This document shows, piece by piece, positions 1 through 8,899 of a stretch of DNA of 64,000 nt. Below the pieces are notes generated by a model that was given only the letters and a program-made list of their open reading frames with translations, did not search any database and was not told the DNA's origin. Within the stretch, counting starts at the first letter, position 1, and every line of letters begins with the position of its first letter. Origin of the DNA: a virus. A program made the position numbers and the translations under genes. The stretch spans positions 20,397 to 84,396 of the IMG/VR virus record IMGVR_UViG_3300037520_001276. One strand, written 5' to 3'.

Positions 1-651
1 TGGGTAATTATTATTGTGGTTAATAGTAAAAACAATCAATTTACTATGAACCTTTGGGTCTTGTAGATTTTTAATTAGTGGTTTTTTAACCTCTTTTAGT
101 TTTTCATCAAAATCTCCTTTTAGACATTCGCATATTCTTTTTATGTGACATTTTGTTTCTAAGTTCCCTTTCTTGATTGGTTTTATAATAAACTCATATA
201 GATAAGTCTTACTACCATAATCTAAAAAGAAAAGACCTTGTTTTGGTTCAATGTTTTTTGGGTTTTGTACCGGGTCAATTGAAACTGTGTCATTTACAAT
301 ATCCCAAATTGCTTTAGCGTGATTAAAGTAATCGGTCAGTTTTGTTGATGAGTATTTACATATGTGGTATACATCAAGTATTTCTTCTTTTGTTAGTAAG
401 GGACAATCAACCGGTATTAAGTCTGAAATTAAAATTTCATCGTCAGGGTCCTTTAATGTTCTATTAAGTGTTAAAATTTGACCTTTTTCAATTAAAAGAT
501 TGATACTAGCAAGATGTAATGATATTTCTTGAAACTGTGGATATAATTTAAAACTGTTTAAATTTTTGTCTAATTTTTGTAAATAACCTAAAAGGGTTAA
601 TTGTTTGTGTTCTAAATCTATGGGGTCTTGAAATAACCAGTCAGTTTTCAT
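1..651 (-). CDS. Hypothetical protein, runs off the window's left end (MKTDWLFQDPIDLEHKQLTLLGYLQK...)
   Basis: Open frame from ATG at 651 to position 1, missing from the ORF track; N-terminus recalls a Bacteroidota conserved hypothetical family (W..ID.E.K.Y.LL.YL). Confidence 0.8.
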   Translation of the reverse strand, partial: MKTDWLFQDPIDLEHKQLTLLGYLQKLDKNLNSFKLYPQFQEISLHLASINLLIEKGQILTLNRTLKDPDDEILISDLIPVDCPLLTKEEILDVYHICKYSSTKLTDYFNHAKAIWDIVNDTVSIDPVQNPKNIEPKQGLFFLDYGSKTYLYEFIIKPIKKGNLETKCHIKRICECLKGDFDEKLKEVKKPLIKNLQDPKVHSKLIVFTINHNNNYP

Positions 652-700
652 TAAAATATTTTAGATAAAAAATAGATGTTTTTTTGGTGAGTGTAAATGA

Positions 701-1882
701 TTAGTTATATCTCATAACGTAATATTCCTCTCCGTTGATCGTGTACGAATCTGCAGTTCCGTCATAACCATTTAAAACACTTCCATACCCATCAGATCTA
801 ATTACGTCGTCAATAGCCGCCTCAATATCAACAAAATCTAAAAGTGCGTAATTATCATAACCTCTATCTCTTAATAAACTAAATATATCATCTTTGTTAT
901 CATCAACCATACCTTCTATGGTATCTTCAATTTCTTGTTCATTATAGTCACCTTCTGGATTTTCTTTAATGTCCTCTATTAATTGTTGGTAGTCGTAAAT
1001 ATCACTTTCAATTTCTTCTTGTTCTTCATCGGTTAATCCGCCTTCTTCAAGTTTTTGATTTAATCTATCGATATTTGCTTGGTGTATTTCTAAATACCTT
1101 TTTTGTTGATCTGTTAATTCTTTATTTATATTCCAATCTTCTGGACTTTGTCTAACGTATTCACTATAGTCCTCATAAAGATAGTCCCTCACATATCTTT
1201 CATCAATATGATTTTCCCAAACCCATTCTCTAAATGTGTCAAAACCAGATTCCTCAATTTGTGATTCTAACTGTTCTTTTGCCGCATCATATATTTTATC
1301 ACCTTCATAAACAACATATTCACTTTCAAAGTTTTTTGATCCTAACCACAAATAAACACTTGAATTACCATAATGATTATAATTCTCTTTAAATAAAAAA
1401 TACTTATCTTCACCTTCTTCTACGTTTCCACTTTCTTTTAGGTATTCAAAAATTGCTTCAGTTTCATTTGATTCTTTGTCATCATTTTCAACATTCCAAT
1501 CATCATCCTGTCTTAATACGTCTTGATGTGCAAGTCTTTGTTTATGGATTTTTAATTTTTCTAATCTTTGCATTTCAGAACCGTAATAATCAAATCTACC
1601 TCTTACTTTATTTTGATCAAAAAATGGAATTTTGGTATAACTGATATCTAAATCACCTTGTACTAAATCAACACTATCTATATTTGTCACATTTTTATTC
1701 CCTCTAAGATCTAATTCACCTGTAATTCTAATTTTTTTACCGTTATAATCTGGAAGTCTTTTAATAAATGAACCATCACCATTAACATAAGCCAAAAGTT
1801 CTTTATACTCTTCAGGACTAACATCAACCCACTCTTCGGTTTCTTCTTTTATTATTTTTTTAATTAAGGAATTTAAACTCAT
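701..1882 (-). CDS. Acidic hypothetical protein with LIKKIIKEE leader and a short LRR-like segment; probable late/internal virion protein
   Basis: 393-aa ORF; LDLRGNKNVTNIDSVDLVQGDLDISYTKI; TATTTAT just upstream. Confidence 0.75.
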   Translation of the reverse strand: MSLNSLIKKIIKEETEEWVDVSPEEYKELLAYVNGDGSFIKRLPDYNGKKIRITGELDLRGNKNVTNIDSVDLVQGDLDISYTKIPFFDQNKVRGRFDYYGSEMQRLEKLKIHKQRLAHQDVLRQDDDWNVENDDKESNETEAIFEYLKESGNVEEGEDKYFLFKENYNHYGNSSVYLWLGSKNFESEYVVYEGDKIYDAAKEQLESQIEESGFDTFREWVWENHIDERYVRDYLYEDYSEYVRQSPEDWNINKELTDQQKRYLEIHQANIDRLNQKLEEGGLTDEEQEEIESDIYDYQQLIEDIKENPEGDYNEQEIEDTIEGMVDDNKDDIFSLLRDRGYDNYALLDFVDIEAAIDDVIRSDGYGSVLNGYDGTADSYTINGEEYYVMRYN

Positions 1883-1886
1883 ATTT

Positions 1887-1938
1887 TATAAATACTTTAT
1901 GTTTACAAATGAATAAACATACTTTATAAATATTTATA
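1887..1938. promoter_or_regulatory. Divergent putative late-promoter region; TATAAATATTTATA palindrome (1925-1938) gives TATTTAT on both strands
   Basis: TATTTATA on the minus strand at 1887-1894, plus the palindrome, between divergent ORFs. Confidence 0.55.
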
Positions 1939-1968
1939 TATAAAATAAACCTCTAAAAAATTTTAGTC

Positions 1969-2109
1969 ATGGGATGTGGGTGTAAAAACAAAACTAACGA
2001 GCAACAGGCACAACCTGTTCAGACACAACAAACACAACAACAACAAAACGGTCAAAATATTCAAAACGCCGTTCAAAAAATTGTAGAAAAATATTACAAC
2101 AAAAAGTAA
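1969..2109 (+). CDS. 46-aa small protein MGCGCKNK with Gln-rich linker
   Basis: ATG 1969 to TAA 2109; below the ORF-track length cutoff; TATTTAT upstream. Confidence 0.75.
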   Translation: MGCGCKNKTNEQQAQPVQTQQTQQQQNGQNIQNAVQKIVEKYYNKK

Positions 2110-2174
2110 TTACTATTTAGTCATATTTTTATTTTTTCTAACATTAATTAAAATAAAATGTTAAAAAATAAAAA

Positions 2175-3035
2175 ATGATAGAAGTTTCAAGTTTTTTAAG
2201 TGGTAAGAATTTATGTAATATTTTTGCTGACTTAGTTGTGAAAAAAATCAATGAAGTAACTCCTGACGCTAAAACACAGATAACTGTAATTAACGTCAGG
2301 AATTTTTTTATTGTAAAAGGAGTGACAACATCCGACAGTGTAATCAATCTTTCCGATATTTTATCAGGCATTTACGAAAAATACGATTCTGAATTATTAA
2401 ATAAAGTAAGGGTTATTGATACCATTCTATATAATAAAGAATTTGATTTAAATTTAAACATAAATTTTTATGAAGATAAAAAAAACAAATCATTAATAAG
2501 TAATCTATATAAAACATGTAATGACCTACAAAATGAAGGGTTTTATATAACAGTTAAATTGAATAATGGTATATTATTTTATGATTTTGAACACGAAAAG
2601 GACTTTGACCCATCATACATAAAAGAAAAGTTTCCAACATATACTTGTATTAAAGATGATTTTTCTCAAGACATATACACTTCTGAAGAAATTTATGGGT
2701 TGTCTAATAATGGGATTAAATATTACCACTTTTTAATAAGAAAAATATCATACAATTTATTATCAAGAGATTTTTCAAAAATCACCGACATATCTATTTC
2801 ATCTGAGTTAAAATTAAACGATGTAGATGCCGAAAATATCAATTTAAAACTTAATAACAAATCAATTACAGATAACAGTGTTTTAGAAAGTTTAATTTTA
2901 GATAATTTTAATTTTGATATTTCTAAATTGGAAAAAGAGGTGGATTTTAATGACTTTGATGTTTTAAAATCAATATCTGAAAGTTCTTACCTTTGGGAAA
3001 ACTTTACGGGTACAAAAGACTTTATCCTATTATAG
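2175..3035 (+). CDS. Degenerate S-adenosylmethionine synthetase (MetK)-like protein, probably inactive
   Basis: GKNLCNIFADLVVKKINEVTPDAKTQITVINVRNFFIVKGVTTSDSVINL parallels MetK GHPDKICDQISDAILD..DP.ARVACE....G.V.V.GEITT; C-terminal helix pattern also similar; GHPDK and GAGDQG motifs absent. Confidence 0.6.
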   Translation: MIEVSSFLSGKNLCNIFADLVVKKINEVTPDAKTQITVINVRNFFIVKGVTTSDSVINLSDILSGIYEKYDSELLNKVRVIDTILYNKEFDLNLNINFYEDKKNKSLISNLYKTCNDLQNEGFYITVKLNNGILFYDFEHEKDFDPSYIKEKFPTYTCIKDDFSQDIYTSEEIYGLSNNGIKYYHFLIRKISYNLLSRDFSKITDISISSELKLNDVDAENINLKLNNKSITDNSVLESLILDNFNFDISKLEKEVDFNDFDVLKSISESSYLWENFTGTKDFILL

Positions 3036-3314
3036 GACGTAATCTTTCACCATTACAACTCCTTCATATATGTCTTGAAAGTCTCTGTCGGGTGCCAATA
3101 ATCTAACATCCGATGGATTTTCATCTTCATCTAATGTCAATAACATAAGGGCCGGTACGTATTCATTTTCAGTTATTTTGGAAAATTCGTCGTATTCTTC
3201 GCTGTAATCATCAATATCTCTTTCCAAAAAAGGTAGGTTTTCTTTTTCTAACTCTTCTTTAATCATAGTACAAAAGGGACATCCCTTCATTGTGTAAACT
3301 ACTGCAATTTTCAT
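3030..3314 (-). CDS. Glutaredoxin/NrdH-like redoxin
   Basis: VYTMKGCPFC active site and YVP cis-Pro motif. Confidence 0.9.
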   Translation of the reverse strand: MKIAVVYTMKGCPFCTMIKEELEKENLPFLERDIDDYSEEYDEFSKITENEYVPALMLLTLDEDENPSDVRLLAPDRDFQDIYEGVVMVKDYVL

Positions 3315-3667
3315 ATTCTGTCTATTGTATAAAATTTATTCAAACCTTTAAGTAGTAAGTCAACATTAACACCACTATCTTCAGATGACATTATTATTAA
3401 TTTATATGTTTTTTCACTTTCTTTTGATTTAACATAAACCATTATTTTATAGGTACTACTGTAATCAATTAATGCCTCTTTTATTAATGTGTTTTGTCCA
3501 TCAAATACTTTACTAAACCATACCATTTTATTTTTTTTTGTCAACACATTAATAGCATCTACAGTTACATTCCTAGTTTGTATAAAACAAGGAAATTGTT
3601 CATATTTTTTTACAAAAATATCTAAAACGTGTTCAGGTACAATATTTTTTTCAATTTCATTTGTCAT
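3311..3667 (-). CDS. Hypothetical protein
   Basis: 118-aa ORF with 4-nt overlaps to both neighbours. Confidence 0.75.
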   Translation of the reverse strand: MTNEIEKNIVPEHVLDIFVKKYEQFPCFIQTRNVTVDAINVLTKKNKMVWFSKVFDGQNTLIKEALIDYSSTYKIMVYVKSKESEKTYKLIIMSSEDSGVNVDLLLKGLNKFYTIDRI

Positions 3668-5361
3668 GGTAGATCCATAAATAGTTCTTCAAAATAATTA
3701 TAATCGTTAGTATCAATAATAACTTTCTCATTTACTTCATTAACCCATATTGGGTATATATCATAAATAGGTTTTGTTTCATCAAATTCTTTAAATTTAG
3801 AAACGGTTTTATTGGTTTTACCATTTTTAAATTTTTTAACCATAATTGGTAATTTTATAAATTCTTTTCTAAAAAGGTGATCGACTCGTCTATCTAACTC
3901 ATCGACAGGTATAATCCATTCATCTAAAAGTGGCATGTTATACTTACCTAAAGTTTGTGATCTTCTTAAACCGTCTCTTGTAAATTGGTATTCTATTGTT
4001 GCCCTTTCAATACCATCTTTATCTCCCTTTCTTAATGAAACAATAAAACAGTATGGTTTTTCAGAGTATGTCCTTACACAGTTGTGCTGGTGAATTGATT
4101 CTCCCTGGTATTGTTCTGTGGTTTTAAAAAGTATCGGAAAGTATGTGTTGTCATGAGTAAATATTGGATCCTCAACTAAAACTGAATCTTCTCCATAAAA
4201 TCTTGTGATGTGACCATTACTATAAGAATCAATAAGTGTTGCCCATTCAGAGTGTTCGTGATTAAATTCATGTCTATTTTTAGCCAATAATTTAACATTT
4301 TCACCATAATTTTCTAATTTAATTTTAAATCTTAAATGATCTCGTAACAAATTAATAAAATTTTCTGATTTTGTTTCGTTTAAAAGTGAAACAATATTTT
4401 CTTTTTCTTTTTTTGTTAAAAAAATATCTGCAGGTATTCCTTCATAAATGGAATTATAATCTGAATAAATTTTTTCAGTTATAAAAACTTCATCTTTAAT
4501 TTTATTAAATAAGTCTTGTCCTAAAAAATGGTATAATTGAACAACACCATTAAGGTCAATATTATCATATCTATTAAGTAGTGATTTTATTTTTCTACCT
4601 TTTAAATTGTATTTTTTCATTAACCATGTAACCAAGTTTGCGTCGTGTTTTCTAACATCTTTAAATGGTGCAAACATTTCAGAAAACTTTAAAAATGCGT
4701 TTGGGTATTTGATTTTTCCGTTTTGAAGTATAATTTCATAATACTTCGCTTTTGGTTTTTTATTTAATTCAATATTAAGACCTAATTTTTCAATAATTCT
4801 ATTTAAAAAAATGTTAAAAACAGTATCACTATTCCCTTCGGTATACCGTTGGGACAGTGGCGAATAAACAAACGTGTTAAATAAATTTGTTATATTTATT
4901 TTACATTTGAACCCTATTTTTTGTTTTCTTTTAAATGCCGCTTCTCCTGTATAAAATAACTTTCTCTTATAATTAAATGTTAGATAATAAATTGTTTTTC
5001 TTGTCTTGAAATACCTTTTACCGACTTCTCTATTGTTTCTGTAATTAAAAACTTTTAATGCAATCTTATCATCATTTTCTTCAATAACATATAAATTTCT
5101 ATTTAAATAACAACTAGTTAATAAATTGGAGTAGTTTTTTAAATATACTTCCTCACCATGCTCACAACCATCTCTTCCATGTTTACATGTGAAATTACCA
5201 ACATAGGACTTATGTGGGTTAATTGGTACATAATGCCGATTCGTAGTTATTCCAAAAAGATCTTCATCTTCGCTCTCCACATTTATTGAATTAAAATCTT
5301 CATAAAAGTAAGTTTCGTATTGTTTAAGCTCTTCTTTAAAAAGGACTGTCATATCTGACAT
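3664..5361 (-). CDS. PcfJ-domain protein
   Basis: C-terminal ESIHQHNCVRTY...IVSLR...RATIEY matches the PcfJ pattern. Confidence 0.75.
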   Translation of the reverse strand: MSDMTVLFKEELKQYETYFYEDFNSINVESEDEDLFGITTNRHYVPINPHKSYVGNFTCKHGRDGCEHGEEVYLKNYSNLLTSCYLNRNLYVIEENDDKIALKVFNYRNNREVGKRYFKTRKTIYYLTFNYKRKLFYTGEAAFKRKQKIGFKCKINITNLFNTFVYSPLSQRYTEGNSDTVFNIFLNRIIEKLGLNIELNKKPKAKYYEIILQNGKIKYPNAFLKFSEMFAPFKDVRKHDANLVTWLMKKYNLKGRKIKSLLNRYDNIDLNGVVQLYHFLGQDLFNKIKDEVFITEKIYSDYNSIYEGIPADIFLTKKEKENIVSLLNETKSENFINLLRDHLRFKIKLENYGENVKLLAKNRHEFNHEHSEWATLIDSYSNGHITRFYGEDSVLVEDPIFTHDNTYFPILFKTTEQYQGESIHQHNCVRTYSEKPYCFIVSLRKGDKDGIERATIEYQFTRDGLRRSQTLGKYNMPLLDEWIIPVDELDRRVDHLFRKEFIKLPIMVKKFKNGKTNKTVSKFKEFDETKPIYDIYPIWVNEVNEKVIIDTNDYNYFEELFMDLP

Positions 5362-5386
5362 AAAATAAAAAATTAAAAGGTTGTTA

Positions 5387-5668
5387 CTAATTCATACAAA
5401 TTAAACCCATGTGGTGTTGCATATGTGGCATTACTTTATCTACACCTTTTTTGTCACCATTGAGTTTTACTATTAAATCTATAAGTTGTTTTCTTGTTGG
5501 TTCTAATGGTTTTTCGTCATCTTCTGAATTAAATTCAACTATTTTTTTAACACCATTAAAAAACTTTTTGGGGTCTATATCACCTATAAGTTGTCTTAAC
5601 TGATCGGGGTTCTTGTCAAAAAACCCCTTAAAGTTTGTCATATATATTTCAATATCTAAATTCCCCAT
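5387..5668 (-). CDS. Hypothetical protein
   Basis: 93-aa ORF with a host-type promoter upstream. Confidence 0.75.
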   Translation of the reverse strand: MGNLDIEIYMTNFKGFFDKNPDQLRQLIGDIDPKKFFNGVKKIVEFNSEDDEKPLEPTRKQLIDLIVKLNGDKKGVDKVMPHMQHHMGLICMN

Positions 5669-5691
5669 AACTTTATTTTTTATTCAATAAA

Positions 5692-5699
5692 CAAAGATA
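5692..5699 (-). promoter_or_regulatory. Bacteroidota-type -7 promoter element TATCTTTG
   Basis: Matches TAnnTTTG just upstream of the operon ending at 3030. Confidence 0.6.
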
Positions 5700-5720
5700 A
5701 GAAATTTATTTGAGACTTTT

Positions 5721-7097
5721 TTACTTTTGGTCAAAAATAAAGAAGTTTCCGTCTCTTTCCGCTCTTTGTCTTAATGCATCAGGAATAGTTCCATCAAGTT
5801 TGCTATTTTTAATATTAATAATTGAAAGTTTAGGTAATTCTGCTAAACATGCCGGTAATGGTTGTAAGTTTGGATTATCAGGTAAAGATAAGAACTTCAA
5901 CTCTTTTAAATTACAAATACTATCAGGTATTTTAGATACACAACCAACAAGGTGTAATGCGCTTAACTGTTTAAAGTCTCCGATTTTTTCAGGTAAATCT
6001 AAATTAAATGCCGATCCTCCTCCTTTATGTGTGAATTCTAATCTTTTAATGTTTTCAGGTAATGTATCAAAAAATTCATCAAACCCATAAAGTGCAATAA
6101 ATTTAGATGCTGAATCGCCAGGATAATTAACAGATACTTTTTCACCATTATTTTGTGAAAGACCTTTCATAAATTCAGGTTTAAAGTATTCTTTAAGTCC
6201 GTCTTCTTGTTTAGATAAGAAATCAACCAAATCAATTTGTCTATCCGCAGGGTCCATATATTGATTATCAGGAAAATGGAACTGATAACGGAACGCCGGA
6301 AGTCCTGATTTTTCACCAACATCCATACTTCCTGTAAATTTAGTAGGTGAATTAGGTATAACCACATATAACGGCCCTTTACTAATATATCTTTCAAACC
6401 ATGATAAACCTGGTGATGATGTACACCATCTTGTTTCTCCTTTTTGTGGTTCTAAATGGTGTCCACCGTAAAAACATGCCGCGTCTTTTCCTAATTGTCC
6501 TGTGTCAGAAATACGGGCCACTGTCCAATTAGCCCCACGATAAACGATATCAGCACCTGGATGTTGATAAGTTTTGGATGCCTCTTTTTTCTCGTCAGCA
6601 GTTGCCTTAGTTTTTTCTAAACTGAAATCTTTTACTTGATTATAAAGTGTTTCAGGAGTTAACTTATTTATATCTCTATATTCTTGTGATAACCTTCCTT
6701 TAAATTTTTCATACTTCATTAAGTCACCTGTAATCTTATAAATGTCTTCTAAAAATTGTGCTTGGTATTCTTTGATTGCTTGTTTAACTGCCGGACTATT
6801 AGGGTCGGTAACACCACTACTTAAATCAATATTTGGTGTTGCGAAGTTTTTAAGTAACCATTGGGTGTATTTTCCAATTTTTACTTTTTCCATGTCTTCG
6901 GGCTTTGCGTTAATTGCCTCCATTCCTTCAGGAATTCTTGATGTTGGATCTGCAGCAATTATCTCAAATAATACATTAAAAGGCATCATACCTTTTCTTG
7001 TTTCTTTGTTTGGTTTAACGTATTTGTCAAATAATACTTGGAATCTTGAGCTTTCAACAATTAAATCTCTTAAAATACTCGTAAATCTAATAGCCAT
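5721..7097 (-). CDS. Leucine-rich-repeat protein with a WC-motif middle domain and ILRDLIVES leader
   Basis: C-terminal LPEKIGDFKQLSALHL / IPDSICNLKELKFLSL / LPACLAELPKLSIINI repeats; TRWCTS...GPLYV...RYQFHF domain. Confidence 0.85.
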   Translation of the reverse strand: MAIRFTSILRDLIVESSRFQVLFDKYVKPNKETRKGMMPFNVLFEIIAADPTSRIPEGMEAINAKPEDMEKVKIGKYTQWLLKNFATPNIDLSSGVTDPNSPAVKQAIKEYQAQFLEDIYKITGDLMKYEKFKGRLSQEYRDINKLTPETLYNQVKDFSLEKTKATADEKKEASKTYQHPGADIVYRGANWTVARISDTGQLGKDAACFYGGHHLEPQKGETRWCTSSPGLSWFERYISKGPLYVVIPNSPTKFTGSMDVGEKSGLPAFRYQFHFPDNQYMDPADRQIDLVDFLSKQEDGLKEYFKPEFMKGLSQNNGEKVSVNYPGDSASKFIALYGFDEFFDTLPENIKRLEFTHKGGGSAFNLDLPEKIGDFKQLSALHLVGCVSKIPDSICNLKELKFLSLPDNPNLQPLPACLAELPKLSIINIKNSKLDGTIPDALRQRAERDGNFFIFDQK

Positions 7098-7114
7098 AAT
7101 TAAAGTTTTTATTA

Positions 7115-7132
7115 ATAAATATCACAAATATA
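7115..7132 (-). promoter_or_regulatory. Tandem TATATTTG (host-type) and TATTTAT (putative late) promoter elements
   Basis: caaatata at 7125-7132 and ataaata at 7115-7121 on the + strand, upstream of the LRR gene. Confidence 0.5.
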
Positions 7133-7143
7133 AGAAAAATATT

Positions 7144-7983
7144 TTAATAATTCATAATCAATAACTCTTCTCCCATATTTTGTTTTTCTCCTTTCTTTGC
7201 GGATGCCGCCTTAGCAAACTCTTTTTTAACCCAACGGTACTCATTTTCAGGAAACCAAGTGTGTAATAATTCAAAATCATAATAAGATAAACTAAATTTA
7301 CCTTTAACCTTGTGTAAAACTTTAGCCAATCTTTCATGGTCCTGACGGTCAAAATCATGATTTGAGTAGTAGTTTTCAGTTTTCCAATAAGGTGGATCCA
7401 AATAGATATATGTGGATGGAGAATCGTATTTATCAATAACGTCTGAAAAATCCATGTTTTCAACATCAGTAATTTTTAAAAAGTGATCAACCCAATCAGG
7501 TTTTGATAACTTATCTCTAAATGTCAAATATTTTGATTTGTACTTACCTTTAAGGTCAATAAAGTTAGATGTCTCAGGTTTTGATCCACTAAATACTTGT
7601 GTTAGAATATAGACGTATTTGGCTGCGACTTCATAATCACCAGGTTCTACGCTGAAACCTTGACTAAAAATTTCAGCCTGAAAACTTACAAATTGTTGTT
7701 TATATATTTCAGGTGTTAGATCAACACCCTGTTTTTGACAATCTATTGAATTAATTGCTCTCAATAATTCAGATGGATTTTGAACGCATTTGAATAAATT
7801 GTAATTTAATGGATTAAAGTCGTTATAAACAACTTTTTTAAGGTTAGGGTATTGTTTTAGGTCCATGTTATAAAAACACCAATACATCCCTCCAAATGTC
7901 TCTAAATAGACCTCCATATCTTTATCATAGAAAGGGACTATCCACTTTCCGATCTTACTTTTACCTCCAATATAACTTAACAT
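7144..7983 (-). CDS. dam: DNA adenine methyltransferase, D12/Dam family (orphan)
   Basis: YIGGKS, YLETFGG (motif I), YNDFN and YLDPPY (motif IV); target specificity unknown. Confidence 0.9.
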   Translation of the reverse strand: MLSYIGGKSKIGKWIVPFYDKDMEVYLETFGGMYWCFYNMDLKQYPNLKKVVYNDFNPLNYNLFKCVQNPSELLRAINSIDCQKQGVDLTPEIYKQQFVSFQAEIFSQGFSVEPGDYEVAAKYVYILTQVFSGSKPETSNFIDLKGKYKSKYLTFRDKLSKPDWVDHFLKITDVENMDFSDVIDKYDSPSTYIYLDPPYWKTENYYSNHDFDRQDHERLAKVLHKVKGKFSLSYYDFELLHTWFPENEYRWVKKEFAKAASAKKGEKQNMGEELLIMNY

Positions 7984-8050
7984 ATTTTTTTATTGTAAAG
8001 ATAGTAAATTTATTATATTTATCAATAAGCGAAAATATTATTAAAAAAGT

Positions 8051-8081
8051 TTTGGCAGTATCAAAAAAATCATTATCTTTG
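8051..8081 (+). promoter_or_regulatory. Canonical Bacteroidota sigma70 promoter (-33 TTTG, -7 TATCTTTG)
   Basis: TTTG at 8051-8054 and TATCTTTG at 8074-8081, 19-nt spacer. Confidence 0.7.
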
Positions 8082-8087
8082 TACTGT

Positions 8088-8237
8088 TGATGTGGGTAAC
8101 ACTACTGAAAACAAGGATGTCAGTACTCCTAATTAACAATCTGACCGCTGAAAACTGGGTGAATCGGTTTGGGTTAATTACCTCAATTCTGGGAATGAAA
8201 TAATTTAAACCCCATCTTACAAAAGGTGGGGTTTGTT
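8088..8237 (+). ncRNA. Candidate structured ncRNA (about 150 nt)
   Basis: Relatively GC-richer intergenic unit between a promoter and a hairpin; several stems; only a 37-codon ORF with atypical codons. Confidence 0.5.
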
Positions 8238-8238
8238 G
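8207..8238 (+). terminator. Intrinsic terminator-like hairpin AAACCCCATCTT-ACAA-AAGGTGGGGTTT
   Basis: 12-bp stem with one G-U pair, followed by a T-rich tail. Confidence 0.7.
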
Positions 8239-8249
8239 TATTTATTAAT

Positions 8250-8732
8250 ATGAAACTATTAAATGTTTTAAAAAAATTAATAACAGAGTCAATTTTTATT
8301 GATGAATTTGAAATTGATGATCAAATAATTAAATTATTTCAGACTTACGAATCTTTAAGGGCGGTTTCAACTTCAAACAAAACAGGAAGGGTTAGTTCTG
8401 ATGAAATTATGGATTCAATGTCAGATATTTATGACGTGATTATTGATCAATCTAATATCGTTTTAAAAAATTGTGTTAAAAATTGTTCTTTACTTATACG
8501 AGATTTTAGGTTGGGCTTCGATTATCAATTGTTTATCAAAAAAGATAATGAAGATAAACTTAAAATAACAATAAACACGTCAATTAGACACCCTTTAGAC
8601 TTGAGGAATAAAAAATTTAAAACCAGAGAAATTACTATAACTTCAAATGAAAATATTAGAATAAAAGAAAATTTCAATATTAATCAATTTACTAAAATAA
8701 TAAAAGGTGATATTATTATTTATTATAATTAA
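8250..8732 (+). CDS. Hypothetical protein with MKLLNVLKKLITES leader
   Basis: Start moved to ATG 8250 because the track's start lies inside the terminator stem; TATTTAT at 8239-8245. Confidence 0.75.
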   Translation: MKLLNVLKKLITESIFIDEFEIDDQIIKLFQTYESLRAVSTSNKTGRVSSDEIMDSMSDIYDVIIDQSNIVLKNCVKNCSLLIRDFRLGFDYQLFIKKDNEDKLKITINTSIRHPLDLRNKKFKTREITITSNENIRIKENFNINQFTKIIKGDIIIYYN

Positions 8733-8740
8733 TTTAATTT

Positions 8741-8899
8741 ATGGAAAAGAAAGAAGCAACACAAGTTACAGGGTGTCAAACATGTAAAAAAGGTTTAAGT
8801 AAGAGTCAAATTGGTTTAATATTTTTTTCTATGTACATTTTTGCAAGTGCCATTTATGGTACTTACAAGATCATAGAAAATTTAGTTAACATGATTTAA
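8741..8899 (+). CDS. 52-aa small membrane protein with CxxC
   Basis: [45 protein letters not shown]...; not in the ORF track. Confidence 0.7.
   Translation: MEKKEATQVTGCQTCKKGLSKSQIGLIFFSMYIFASAIYGTYKIIENLVNMI

Noticed and set aside
8088-8237. tRNA or hammerhead ribozyme
   Set aside because: No cloverleaf or TTC loop and no CTGATGA core; retained only as an unclassified ncRNA candidate
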